Source: an uncultured Paludibacter sp. (GTDB lineage Bacteria; Bacteroidota; Bacteroidia; Bacteroidales; Paludibacteraceae). Taken from it: 49,061 nt of DNA. Under the pieces are notes generated by a model. The model saw only the letters and a list, made by a program, of their open reading frames with translations, was not told the DNA's origin and did no database searches. Shown piece after piece: positions 37,832 to 46,267 of the stretch (its first letter is position 1; the number at the start of each line of letters is the position of its first letter). The stretch is from positions 1-49,061 of the forward strand of contig CALMZF010000097.1 of NCBI GenBank assembly GCA_937870645.1, read 5' to 3'. The position numbers were made by a program, and so were the translations under genes.

Positions 37832-37899
37832 ACTGATTAACTATTAGGGTTATACATTAAGAACAGAGCTTTCACTCTATGTTCCAATAATTGAGGGTG

Positions 37900-37907
37900 C
37901 AAAGATA
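37900..37907 (-). promoter_or_regulatory. Bacteroidota -7 promoter box for rpsO
   Basis: CAAAGATA on + equals TATCTTTG on -, 68 nt upstream of ATG 37831. Confidence 0.5.
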
Positions 37908-37934
37908 AGATTTTTATTTTGAATTGTCATCAGG

Positions 37935-38597
37935 TTAGTTCCTGTTTTTTCTGATAAAATAATCGGCCAGCGAATGTTTTTGCCATTTTCGGTGGAGTTT
38001 TAAATAGTATGGATAAACCATCCAGGCGGAAATAACTCCGATAAGTGAGCCGGGAAGCACATCAATGGCAAAGTGCTGCGACAGGTAGATGCGTGAATAG
38101 CCAACAAGTGCTGCTGCAACGAAACAAAGGAACTTAATCCATTTATTTTTCGTAATCAGTGCCAGGCAAAAAAACAGGGCAAAAGCATTGACTGTATGTC
38201 CCGAAGGAAAACTGTTGTAAGTCATCAGATCAAATCCGGGTACGGTGGGTAGTAAAATTTCGGGATAAAATTCCTTAAAATAAAGGCTCGGACGTGGTGC
38301 GTGAAAGATATTTTTTACAATAAGAGCTATCAGAAGACCGGTCAGTTGCGAAGCAGCCAGAAAAAATGCAGCGCTGTACCGGTAAAAAAGGATAAATATT
38401 ATGATTATGAATGGAATGATACCACCCACTTCTGTCCAAATGCGAAAAAACCAATCGGCAGCGACCGAACGGTGCCTGGTCATCATCAGGTGCAATTCCT
38501 CTTTGGGGACAAAGAGTATCAGCAATAATAATCCCAGTGCAAAAGTCAGGTAAGGCACCAGAAAATATTGAATATATTTATAATTATCTCTTTTCAT
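37935..38597 (-). CDS. PAP2-family membrane phosphatase
   Basis: PAP2 motifs KNIFHAPRP, PSGH and SRIYLSQHFAIDV. Start moved to ATG 38597, which forms an ATGA overlap with the mnmD stop. Confidence 0.8.
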   Translation of the reverse strand: MKRDNYKYIQYFLVPYLTFALGLLLLILFVPKEELHLMMTRHRSVAADWFFRIWTEVGGIIPFIIIIFILFYRYSAAFFLAASQLTGLLIALIVKNIFHAPRPSLYFKEFYPEILLPTVPGFDLMTYNSFPSGHTVNAFALFFCLALITKNKWIKFLCFVAAALVGYSRIYLSQHFAIDVLPGSLIGVISAWMVYPYYLKLHRKWQKHSLADYFIRKNRN

Positions 38598-39262
38598 AAT
38601 ATCGGTTTTCTTGCACGTAAAATTTCTCTTTTCCCGATTGGTCCGGGGAGCCGTTCCACTACAAATCCTGCCGACTGTAGGGCACGCCGCACAATTCCCT
38701 TGGCGCAATAGGTGGTCAGAATTGCATTTTCACCGGCACAAAGATACAATTTTTCAAAGATTTTTTCCGACCACATTTCGGGTTGCTTTTCCGGAGAAAA
38801 TGCATCAAAATATATGATATCATATTTTTCCGAAAATTCAGTTTTCGTAAAATCTACTTTCAATTTTATCAACGTAAAATCAGGACTGATTTTCACCTCT
38901 CTGTTCCACTCACAGCGGTGTAATGCTTCAAATTCAGCTCTTTTGTCAGCCTCAATGAGTTCCGGGTAATTCAGTTTAACAGCTTCTTCCGTTTCTACCG
39001 GATAAAATTCTAATCCGGTATAAATTACTGATTTATTTTCTTTTTCAGCTTCTATCAGTGTCAGAAATGCATTCAGGCCGGTACCAAAACCGATTTCCAG
39101 CACTTTAATCGTCTCTTTTTTACACTGACGAAATCCATCGTTGATAAATATATGCAGCGACTCCTGCACAGCTCCGTTGGTGGAGTGGTAACTTTCGTCG
39201 ATTTCGGGCACGTACAATGTGTTTGAACCGTCGGCGGTGGTTTTTATGATTGGTTTCTGCAT
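38594..39262 (-). CDS. mnmD: tRNA (mnm5s2U34) methyltransferase MnmD: stand-alone SAM-dependent DUF752 domain
   Basis: TADGSNTLYVPEIDESYHSTNGAVQES start, SAM motif VLEIGFGTGLN, then IIYFDAFSPEKQPEMW. Confidence 0.75.
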   Translation of the reverse strand: MQKPIIKTTADGSNTLYVPEIDESYHSTNGAVQESLHIFINDGFRQCKKETIKVLEIGFGTGLNAFLTLIEAEKENKSVIYTGLEFYPVETEEAVKLNYPELIEADKRAEFEALHRCEWNREVKISPDFTLIKLKVDFTKTEFSEKYDIIYFDAFSPEKQPEMWSEKIFEKLYLCAGENAILTTYCAKGIVRRALQSAGFVVERLPGPIGKREILRARKPIL

Positions 39263-39270
39263 ACAGTTGG

Positions 39271-39278
39271 CAAAAATA
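39271..39278 (-). promoter_or_regulatory. Possible -7 promoter box for mnmD, near-leaderless
   Basis: CAAAAATA on + equals TATTTTTG on -, only 8 nt upstream of ATG 39262. Confidence 0.3.
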
Positions 39279-39290
39279 ATTCTTTTTCAA

Positions 39291-39328
39291 CAAAAAACTA
39301 CCGCTGCTCAGCAGTTGAACAGCGGTAG
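39291..39328 (-). terminator. Rho-independent terminator of rubrerythrin
   Basis: 9-bp stem CTACCGCTG (39298-39306) / CAGCGGTAG (39320-39328), followed on the minus strand by TTTTTTG. Confidence 0.75.
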
Positions 39329-39354
39329 TACCTTTTTTTTATCCGTGAGTTGGA

Positions 39355-39930
39355 TTAATAGTTATGTTTTTCTTCTTCGAAGAATGCCTGTGGATGAGCG
39401 CAAACCGGACAAGCTTTCGGAGCTTCCTTGCCGGTGTGAATGTGTCCACATTCGCGGCACTGCCAGGTTGTTTCTTCTTCGCGGGCAAAAACAGTATTGG
39501 TTTCTACGCGTTCTTGCAATTTGCGGTAGCGTTTCTCATGTTCAGCTTCCACTTTTGCAATTTTACGCCAGGTGGCAGCAATGTTGTCAAATCCTTCGGC
39601 CTCGGCTATGTCGGCAAAGTGTGGATACAGGTCAACCCATTCTTCGTTTTCGCCGTCGGCAGCTGCTTTCAGATTCTCAGCAGTAGTACCTTCTACACCG
39701 GCAGGATAAGCAGCAGTGATTTCAACCATACCGCCTTGCAGATAACGGAAGAATTTCTTTGCGTGTGTCAGTTCCTGTTCAGCAGTTTCAAGAAAAATAG
39801 CTGCAATTTGTTCAAAACCTTCTTTTTTGGCAATGCTGGCAAACATCGTGTAACGACTGCGAGCCTGACTTTCACCGGCAAAAGATTTCAGCAGGTTCTG
39901 TTCGGTCTGTGTTCCTTTTAAATCTTTCAT
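39355..39930 (-). CDS. rbr: Rubrerythrin
   Basis: Diiron four-helix bundle (GESQARSRY, ExxH motifs TAEQELTHAKKF and KVEAEHEKRY) and a C-terminal rubredoxin CRECGH...CPVCAH. Confidence 0.93.
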   Translation of the reverse strand: MKDLKGTQTEQNLLKSFAGESQARSRYTMFASIAKKEGFEQIAAIFLETAEQELTHAKKFFRYLQGGMVEITAAYPAGVEGTTAENLKAAADGENEEWVDLYPHFADIAEAEGFDNIAATWRKIAKVEAEHEKRYRKLQERVETNTVFAREEETTWQCRECGHIHTGKEAPKACPVCAHPQAFFEEEKHNY

Positions 39931-39976
39931 AATGATAAATATTTAATTTATAAATGTTAGTTGAAATAATTTATTG

Positions 39977-39984
39977 CAAATTTA
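39977..39984 (-). promoter_or_regulatory. Bacteroidota -7 promoter box for rubrerythrin
   Basis: CAAATTTA on + equals TAAATTTG on -, 46 nt upstream of ATG 39930. Confidence 0.45.
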
Positions 39985-40178
39985 ATGTTTTATTTGTGAT
40001 AAACAAAAATAATTCTCAGGATTGTAATCGTAATTTCTGTTATAAATATTTTTGTTTCAATAAAATAAAAAAGTGAAATAAACCTTTTATAGTATAAGAA
40101 AAAATTAGTCAAATGTTAGTAAATCAGACTAATACGGTTTGATTGTAATTGCAAATAGGATTTCAATAATATATTCTC

Positions 40179-40186
40179 TATTTTTG
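40179..40186 (+). promoter_or_regulatory. Bacteroidota -7 promoter box for the VOC gene
   Basis: TATTTTTG, 75 nt upstream of ATG 40262. Confidence 0.4.
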
Positions 40187-40261
40187 TGTTCCACAGATCA
40201 GGGAAATAGATGAATGACTTAGAATTCCAGGTTACCACCAGAATACTATCAATAATTTAAG

Positions 40262-40660
40262 ATGATAAAACAAATTAAATTAACAGAAATCATACTTTAT
40301 GTCAGCGATCAGGCGAGAAGCGCCCGGTTTTATCAGGATATTTTTCGAATGCCACCTGATTTGAACGTGCCGGGTATGACAGAGTTTAATTTATCAGATC
40401 AATGCAAACTCGGACTGATGCCTGACAAAGGCATTGCTAAAATTTTAGGAGATAAAATGCCTCATCCCACTAATGGAAAGGGCATTCCGCGATGCGAACT
40501 CTATCTTTACGTTGATGATGTGAAATTCGAGTATGAGAATGCGCTGAAATGCGGTGCAACTCTGATAAGTCCACCAGCCAACCGGGATTGGGGTGACAGC
40601 GTGTGCTACTTTTCAGATCCCGACGGGCATATTATTGCATTTGCAACTAAGTGTCAATAA
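40262..40660 (+). CDS. VOC-family (glyoxalase/bleomycin-resistance fold) protein
   Basis: 132 aa with IILYVSDQARSARFYQDIF at the N-terminus and YFSDPDGHIIAF at the C-terminus, as in VOC beta-alpha-beta-beta-beta modules. Confidence 0.75.
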   Translation: MIKQIKLTEIILYVSDQARSARFYQDIFRMPPDLNVPGMTEFNLSDQCKLGLMPDKGIAKILGDKMPHPTNGKGIPRCELYLYVDDVKFEYENALKCGATLISPPANRDWGDSVCYFSDPDGHIIAFATKCQ

Positions 40661-40691
40661 GCTATCGGACTGATAACGGGGCAAATATGAA

Positions 40692-42704
40692 TTACATCAC
40701 CCGAAATTTTACTCCTGCCACAATGTTTCGACCCGGCAATGAAAGACCGCCGAAGTCAACCTGAGGTTGGTTCGTCAGGTTGTAGATATCGGCATAAATA
40801 TCGATGGCCGGAGTTTTCCAGATGAACCTGACATCGGCGAGGTAATAGGGCTTGTAGGCGGTTTTTTGTTTGCTTACAAAATCGATGTAATCACCCGAGC
40901 GGTCAAAGTATCCAACATTCCAGCTGGCCGATAGCCGTGAATATATTGAATGCTGCAACCCTGCAACCAATTTGTGTTTGAGGTAATCCAATGCGTATTT
41001 CGACTCGAGCACATCCACATCCTTGTACAAATGCAGGTATGAATAGGTGAGCGTAACCGAGCGAATGAAACCATTTTTTAACCTGTATTGAGCGTTCAGG
41101 TCTGTGCCAAGGGCATTCACACTGGTCAGATTCAAACTCACATATTTTTTATCCGTACTGTCGCGTTTTACCCAGTCAATTACATCGCGTCCAAGCCGGT
41201 AATAAACTGATGCCGAAGCTGTCAGATTGCCTGAATTAATTTTCGAGCCAAGTTCGTAGGTCTGTGATTTTTCGGGTCGAAGATTTGGATTTGCAATCTG
41301 TTGCGCCCCTTTGTAATACAGGTCGGTAAAGGTGGGTAGACGCACAGCGGAATTTGCGGAGGCATATATGCGAATATCTTTCGATAAAGAATAGTGGATA
41401 TTGGCTCCTCCGTTTACATGTGTATCGAACTGTTTCGCATGGCTCAGAGCTGCTCCTCCCGAAAAAGTCCACTTATCCATTCTGATCAAATGATCCAGAA
41501 AAATATTGGTTATCAGTCGGTTATCTTCAAACGTGTATTTTTTATTTTTTTCAAACGGAACGGGCTTTGGTGTTTCCATTTTTACACCCAGCACATTACT
41601 GAAAATATGTTCGTTGCGAATATCCACACCCAGTGTGGTTTTCCCGATAGCCCAAACGGATGAACCGGTAATTTTTCCGCCGGTAATATCGGTAAGGTGG
41701 AAGTTGTGCCCGGTGTACCACGTGAATTTTTCGGCACCTTCCATGTCGCGAAATAACTCAAAACGGTCGTGATGCTCCCGCCAATATCCTTGTGCACTGA
41801 GATAAACCGCCCCGATTTGGCGATTCCAACTAATCGAAGCCAGAAAAGTTTTGGTGTGTTCAAACTGGTTTGGGTAAACCAGGGAATAAAATCCGTTTGA
41901 CCCGAATGATTTAAGTTGTACCGCAGTTTGCACTTCGATAATACCTGCGTTTCCGGCGTTTATTCTTGATTGAAGATAAATGTTGCTAATATCAAAATCG
42001 GTATTGTCAATGTACCCGTCCGATTTTTTGGTGACGGCCGATCCGAAAATACTCCATTTTTTATCTCCGTAATTACCGGAAATACTTTGTGACAGATAAC
42101 CGTAACTTCCCACAGCATGTTGGCTTGTAATGCTGTAATCAGAAGTTTTCTCAGTCAGATTTCTGCGTTTTTCTTTATCATCAGAATCATTAATCCATGT
42201 TTCCGGGGCATTTTTTCCCGGTTCGGTTACCGAATGTCTTTCACCGGTTACAATATTGATTACCCCGCTGAAAGCATTGGGTCCGAGCACCCGGGCTGCC
42301 GATCCCTGAAGAATTTCAATCCGGCTAACATCCGAAAGTTCCAGCGGTATGTCCAGGTTGTAATGACCGGTTTGAGGGTCCGTGATATTTATTCCGTTGA
42401 GCAGGATCAGTATCTGATCAAAGGAGCCACCCCGTATACTAATATCGGCTTGTACGCCGTTAACACCGCGCTGACGAACATCGATACCGGCCACATTATC
42501 CAGCAGTTCATCAATGCTTTTTACGGGCATTTTTTGAATTTCCTGTTGGTCAATAACAGTGACTACACGACTAATTCCCGTGTAAAGATTTGTTTTTTCA
42601 GCGCTCACTTCAATTTCATTGAGGTGAACGCTTTGTTCTTTTGATTGTGAAAATACAGTGAATGATGAAAGTAAAATTAATAGAAAGGCAAATGATTTTT
42701 TCAT
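40692..42704 (-). CDS. TonB-dependent outer-membrane receptor, non-SusC, BtuB/CirA-sized
   Basis: Signal peptide, plug domain (IDELLDNVAGIDVRQRG...ISIRGGSFDQILILLNGINITD) and a ~500-aa barrel. No carboxypeptidase-regulatory N-terminal domain. Confidence 0.9.
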   Translation of the reverse strand: MKKSFAFLLILLSSFTVFSQSKEQSVHLNEIEVSAEKTNLYTGISRVVTVIDQQEIQKMPVKSIDELLDNVAGIDVRQRGVNGVQADISIRGGSFDQILILLNGINITDPQTGHYNLDIPLELSDVSRIEILQGSAARVLGPNAFSGVINIVTGERHSVTEPGKNAPETWINDSDDKEKRRNLTEKTSDYSITSQHAVGSYGYLSQSISGNYGDKKWSIFGSAVTKKSDGYIDNTDFDISNIYLQSRINAGNAGIIEVQTAVQLKSFGSNGFYSLVYPNQFEHTKTFLASISWNRQIGAVYLSAQGYWREHHDRFELFRDMEGAEKFTWYTGHNFHLTDITGGKITGSSVWAIGKTTLGVDIRNEHIFSNVLGVKMETPKPVPFEKNKKYTFEDNRLITNIFLDHLIRMDKWTFSGGAALSHAKQFDTHVNGGANIHYSLSKDIRIYASANSAVRLPTFTDLYYKGAQQIANPNLRPEKSQTYELGSKINSGNLTASASVYYRLGRDVIDWVKRDSTDKKYVSLNLTSVNALGTDLNAQYRLKNGFIRSVTLTYSYLHLYKDVDVLESKYALDYLKHKLVAGLQHSIYSRLSASWNVGYFDRSGDYIDFVSKQKTAYKPYYLADVRFIWKTPAIDIYADIYNLTNQPQVDFGGLSLPGRNIVAGVKFRVM

Positions 42705-42715
42705 AATGGTTAAAA

Positions 42716-43081
42716 TTAAAACAGCTGAATATCAGGATTAACCTGAATACTCAGCTGTTTAAAATGTGAATAATATTTTTGAGAACGACCTGCTAAATGG
42801 TCGATAGTTGAATTTGCAATTATTAGAATTTCGGACAATTCGGAAAGTAATGGATTACAGATTTCTTTCTCTTCCTCTTCGGTGCTAACAGTTTCGGAAT
42901 TTACTGTAAAATTCGCAAAAGCAGGTTTATTGGATTTCAAAAGCGCTTTGTCACTGATGTTAAATGCAATGTGACCAATCGATATTTCACGGTGAAGTCC
43001 GGAGAAGACAGCAAAATTCTTCCGGCTCCAGCGACGGAAACGGATAGAACTGTATTTATTTTTTGCTGCTGATTTGTTCAA
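42716..43081 (-). CDS. Questionable ORF (TTG start, no internal ATG) between the lipoprotein and the TonB-dependent receptor
   Basis: 121 codons open from TTG only. The N-terminus SSIRFRRWSRKNFAVFSGLHREISIG resembles, from memory, N-terminal extensions of some Bacteroidota TonB-dependent receptors. It may instead be a non-coding leader. Confidence 0.25.
   Translation of the reverse strand: MNKSAAKNKYSSIRFRRWSRKNFAVFSGLHREISIGHIAFNISDKALLKSNKPAFANFTVNSETVSTEEEEKEICNPLLSELSEILIIANSTIDHLAGRSQKYYSHFKQLSIQVNPDIQLF
42721..42758 (-). terminator. Terminator/attenuator-like hairpin 17 nt upstream of the TonB-dependent receptor start
   Basis: ACAGCTGA (42721-42728) pairs with TCAGCTGT (42751-42758). 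Inner pairs extend the stem to ~15 bp around a 5-nt loop. The minus strand then reads TTTAATTTTAACCATT-ATG. Confidence 0.45.
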
Positions 43082-43108
43082 AGCCAGAGTAATGTTTTTT
43101 GTGCGGGA

Positions 43109-44479
43109 TCAGTATTTTGACGGGTCAACAAAGTTATAAAAATTAGCTTTCACTGTCCATACATCTGAAAATGGCATAAGGATACTTTTTCCTCCGATTA
43201 TGTACAAGGTGTTGTTGGTCTTGTTGTGAATCAGGGATGAGTTGGTCCGGTATTTGAAACTTGCGGGAAGTTTGTTCTGGGTTGTATCAGGTTTTGCCCA
43301 GGTGAGGCCTTCATCAATTGATTGGCGCATCTGAAAAGAGGTGTCTCTCAATTGATCGTAAGTATCGGCGCCGCCTATCAAAATCAGTTTGCTTCCGTAG
43401 TAGGCTATGGCAGCCCCTGATACTGCATCAAACTTGCTACTGCTGTTGTTGAGGTTGACCCAGTGAAGCGAATCGGTAGTCGGATCATTTTCGGCCGACC
43501 AACGGGTATTTAATTTTTTACCATCAGCATCTTTTCCGCCCACAATAATCACTTTTTCGCGACCAAGACGTGGTGTGAAGGTTGTTGCTGCAAAGTCGGA
43601 AACCGGGAAGCGGGTGGAGAGAGCATTTTGCACAGACCACGTGATGCCATCCTGTGAACTGGCAATATTTAACCGTTTGGTGGTTTTATTTTGTGCGACA
43701 GACCAGTACTGGTTTTTGAAATTGAAAAGCAGCACCAGAAAATCGTAGTTATTATCACCGATGAGCAGGTGTTTTTCCCAGGTCAGTGCGTTTTTGGAAG
43801 TGTAAAGTTCATTGCCGTTGTGCAACAATAGAATCTGATTATTGTACACGATCATATTCCGGAACGTGGCACCGGCAGGCAGACCGGCAGGCGTACTTTC
43901 GGGCGACCATGTGCTGGCATCCGCTGATGAATATAGCCGGGTTGTGGAGCCGTTGCCCGTGAAGAAAAAGTATTTATTGTTGAGCAATACCGCTTTCTGG
44001 TTGTCGGTGGCATCTTCGGTAATATTGCTTACCGGATTTTTCCAGACATGCAGGTAAGTCTCAACTTTATGTACATTTACAATTATGGTGTATTCCTTTT
44101 TTGATTTTTTATCGGAAGCGTAATTTGTAATTTTAACCGGTTTGGAATAATTGTATGACTTACTCGTAATATATGATGTCTCGGGAAAGGTGTCATTGAT
44201 CAGGTAGCCATCAGTACTTGCAAATGAAAATACAGCATAAGCGCTGTCCACACGCGTTTTATAAGGAAGGGAATCCGGATTATAAATCAGCCCTTTTTCA
44301 TGGTCAACTATAAAAACCCCTTTCGAAAGATTGGGGGAACTGTCGTTGCTCTGAAAATACATGGCTTTGACAGTGGCATCATCCGATACCGAAACCGGTG
44401 TCGCAGTAGTATTGCAGGAAATAAAGAAGGTGGTCAACGAAAGTAAAAACAAAAGACAAATATGCTGAAAGACTTTCAT
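43109..44479 (-). CDS. Surface lipoprotein with N-terminal Ig-like region and Asp-box (BNR)-type beta-propeller repeats
   Basis: Lipobox LTTFFIS-C22. Repeats spaced ~45-50 aa apart: SSADASTW, TSKNALTW, SSQDGITW and SIDEGLTW (the last matches SxDxGxTW). Also has IIVGGKD, LILIGGAD and LYIIGGKS strands. Confidence 0.6.
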   Translation of the reverse strand: MKVFQHICLLFLLSLTTFFISCNTTATPVSVSDDATVKAMYFQSNDSSPNLSKGVFIVDHEKGLIYNPDSLPYKTRVDSAYAVFSFASTDGYLINDTFPETSYITSKSYNYSKPVKITNYASDKKSKKEYTIIVNVHKVETYLHVWKNPVSNITEDATDNQKAVLLNNKYFFFTGNGSTTRLYSSADASTWSPESTPAGLPAGATFRNMIVYNNQILLLHNGNELYTSKNALTWEKHLLIGDNNYDFLVLLFNFKNQYWSVAQNKTTKRLNIASSQDGITWSVQNALSTRFPVSDFAATTFTPRLGREKVIIVGGKDADGKKLNTRWSAENDPTTDSLHWVNLNNSSSKFDAVSGAAIAYYGSKLILIGGADTYDQLRDTSFQMRQSIDEGLTWAKPDTTQNKLPASFKYRTNSSLIHNKTNNTLYIIGGKSILMPFSDVWTVKANFYNFVDPSKY

Positions 44480-44527
44480 GTTGTAATTTTAAGAAATACC
44501 GGAAATTAGTGTGAAATATTTATATTG

Positions 44528-44535
44528 CAAAGTTA
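44528..44535 (-). promoter_or_regulatory. Bacteroidota -7 promoter box for the lipoprotein / TonB-dependent receptor operon
   Basis: CAAAGTTA on + equals TAACTTTG on -, 48 nt upstream of ATG 44479. Confidence 0.45.
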
Positions 44536-44636
44536 AAAACAATTTGCAGTAATTTTAACCTGAGGTCGAAGTTTTATTATTTTTTATAGTTATAATCCAT
44601 CTGTAAACCACCGCATCAGCATTATAAGGTCTCCTG

Positions 44637-45398
44637 TTAATTGAGTTCTACCAGTACGGGACAGTGGTCTGAATGTACGGCATCGGCCAAAATTGCAGCC
44701 GATTTAAGGCGTGGTTTCAGCGGGTGGCTCACCCAGTGATAGTCAATGCGCCAGCCCATGTTCCGCGAGCGGGCAGCGGTTCGGAAGCTCCACCAACTGT
44801 ATTTATCTGCACTTTTGTCAAATTCACGAAAAGAATCAACCATTCCGGCAGATTCGAATTCGTCCAGCCAGGCTCTTTCTTCGGGTAAAAATCCGGAAAC
44901 ACCCGTTTGACGCTCGGGATGATTGATGTCGATGGGCTTGTGGCAAATATTATAATCACCGCAAACTACTATATTGGAGCGTGTTTTCCTTAAATCGGAA
45001 ATAAATTCGTGGAAGTCGGCCAGAAATCCCATTTTGAATTGCTGCCGTTCACCTCCCGATGAACCCGACGGAATATAGACACACACCACCGTCAGGTCAT
45101 CAAAATCGGCCCGGAGTACGCGTCCTTCCGAATCATATTTGTGATTATCCATCCCAACGACAACATTGTCTGGCGAAATTTTTGTAAATATCGCCACTCC
45201 GCTGTATCCTTTTTTTTGTGCAGAATGGATGAAGCAGGTGTAACCCATACGATTGAAAATCTCCGTGTCAATCTGATCGGGTTGAGCCTTGGTTTCCTGC
45301 AGGCACAGCACATCGGGACTGGCTTCCTGGAGCCATTCTTCAAGACCTTTGGACAAGGCAGCCCGAATGCCGTTGACGTTGTATGAAATAATTTTCAT
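44637..45398 (-). CDS. xth: Exodeoxyribonuclease III (AP endonuclease)
   Basis: MKIISYNVNGIRA, LCLQETK, GDYNICH and SDHCPV motifs of the EEP/Xth family. Confidence 0.93.
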   Translation of the reverse strand: MKIISYNVNGIRAALSKGLEEWLQEASPDVLCLQETKAQPDQIDTEIFNRMGYTCFIHSAQKKGYSGVAIFTKISPDNVVVGMDNHKYDSEGRVLRADFDDLTVVCVYIPSGSSGGERQQFKMGFLADFHEFISDLRKTRSNIVVCGDYNICHKPIDINHPERQTGVSGFLPEERAWLDEFESAGMVDSFREFDKSADKYSWWSFRTAARSRNMGWRIDYHWVSHPLKPRLKSAAILADAVHSDHCPVLVELN

Positions 45399-45462
45399 AA
45401 ATAATCCGGTAAAATAGGAATATAAATCGTGGATGTTTTCAGCTAATTTGTTAATCTTTCAA

Positions 45463-45494
45463 TTTTCAAATCCTCAAATTTTCAAATTTTCAAA
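45463..45494. repeat. Tandem 8-mers TTTTCAAA / TCCTCAAA / TTTTCAAA / TTTTCAAA in the mlaF-xth spacer
   Basis: Four contiguous 8-bp units at 45463-45494, with a degenerate unit on each side. Confidence 0.8.
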
Positions 45495-45499
45495 TCTTC

Positions 45500-46258
45500 T
45501 TACTGATTAATCATTTTAACCTGCTTGTATAACTCCGAAGCGAATACGAAATCGTTCAAATCTTCATTTTTAGCTCCGTAAATATCTTTATTGGTACCCG
45601 ACCAGGCCATGAGACCATTATTGATAAAGATAATATTTTCACCAATTTCGATCACCGAATTCATGTCATGTGAGTTAACAATCGTTGTGATATTAAATTC
45701 GTGCGTGATTTCGAAAATTAATTTGTCAATGATGATGGATGTTTTGGGATCGAGACCCGAATTTGGTTCATCACAGAAGAGATATTTTGGATTCAGCGAG
45801 ATGGCTCTGGCAATAGCCACCCGCTTCTGCATCCCGCCGCTAATTTCCGAAGGAAAAAGATGGTACGAATGTTCGGGCAGATTGACCCTGTCCAGACAGA
45901 ATTTAGCCCGAAGTTCCATCTCTTTTTTAGTGGATGAAGAAAACATTTCCAGGGGATACATTACATTTTCCATCACCGTGAGGGAGTCGAACAGGGCTGA
46001 ACCCTGAAACAGCATACCCACCTCCCGTCTGAGCAGACGGATATCTCTCATCCTCATGTCGGGCATATTGCGCCCATCGTATTCGATGCGCCCGGAATCG
46101 ATCCGATGCAAACCGATAATGCTTTTCATGAGTACCGTTTTACCCGAGCCGCTCTGTCCGATTATCATATTGCATTTGCCGGTTTCAAACACAGCTGAGA
46201 TGTCTTTCAATACCTCTTCTCCGTCAAATGACTTAAATAAATTGGTTACTTTGATCAT
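45500..46258 (-). CDS. ABC transporter ATP-binding protein, MlaF-like
   Basis: Walker A GQSGSGKT, signature SGGMQKRVAIARA and Walker B LFCDEP. Immediately downstream of an MlaE-type permease. Confidence 0.85.
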   Translation of the reverse strand: MIKVTNLFKSFDGEEVLKDISAVFETGKCNMIIGQSGSGKTVLMKSIIGLHRIDSGRIEYDGRNMPDMRMRDIRLLRREVGMLFQGSALFDSLTVMENVMYPLEMFSSSTKKEMELRAKFCLDRVNLPEHSYHLFPSEISGGMQKRVAIARAISLNPKYLFCDEPNSGLDPKTSIIIDKLIFEITHEFNITTIVNSHDMNSVIEIGENIIFINNGLMAWSGTNKDIYGAKNEDLNDFVFASELYKQVKMINQ

Positions 46259-46267
46259 TTTTCGGGT

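Noticed and set aside
39931-40261. The AT-rich 330-bp divergent spacer upstream of rubrerythrin could hold a PerR/OxyR-type operator or a small RNA.
   Set aside because: I found only short, imperfect A/T palindromes of the kind expected by chance in ~20% GC sequence. Nothing could be defined convincingly by eye.
42705-43108. A cobalamin or TPP riboswitch could control the TonB-dependent receptor.
   Set aside because: I could not find a B12 box (GCCACTG-like core) or the TPP CUGAGA/ACCUGAUCUGGAUAAUGCCAGCG elements on the transcribed strand. Only the generic terminator-like hairpin is reported. A covariance-model scan is still needed.
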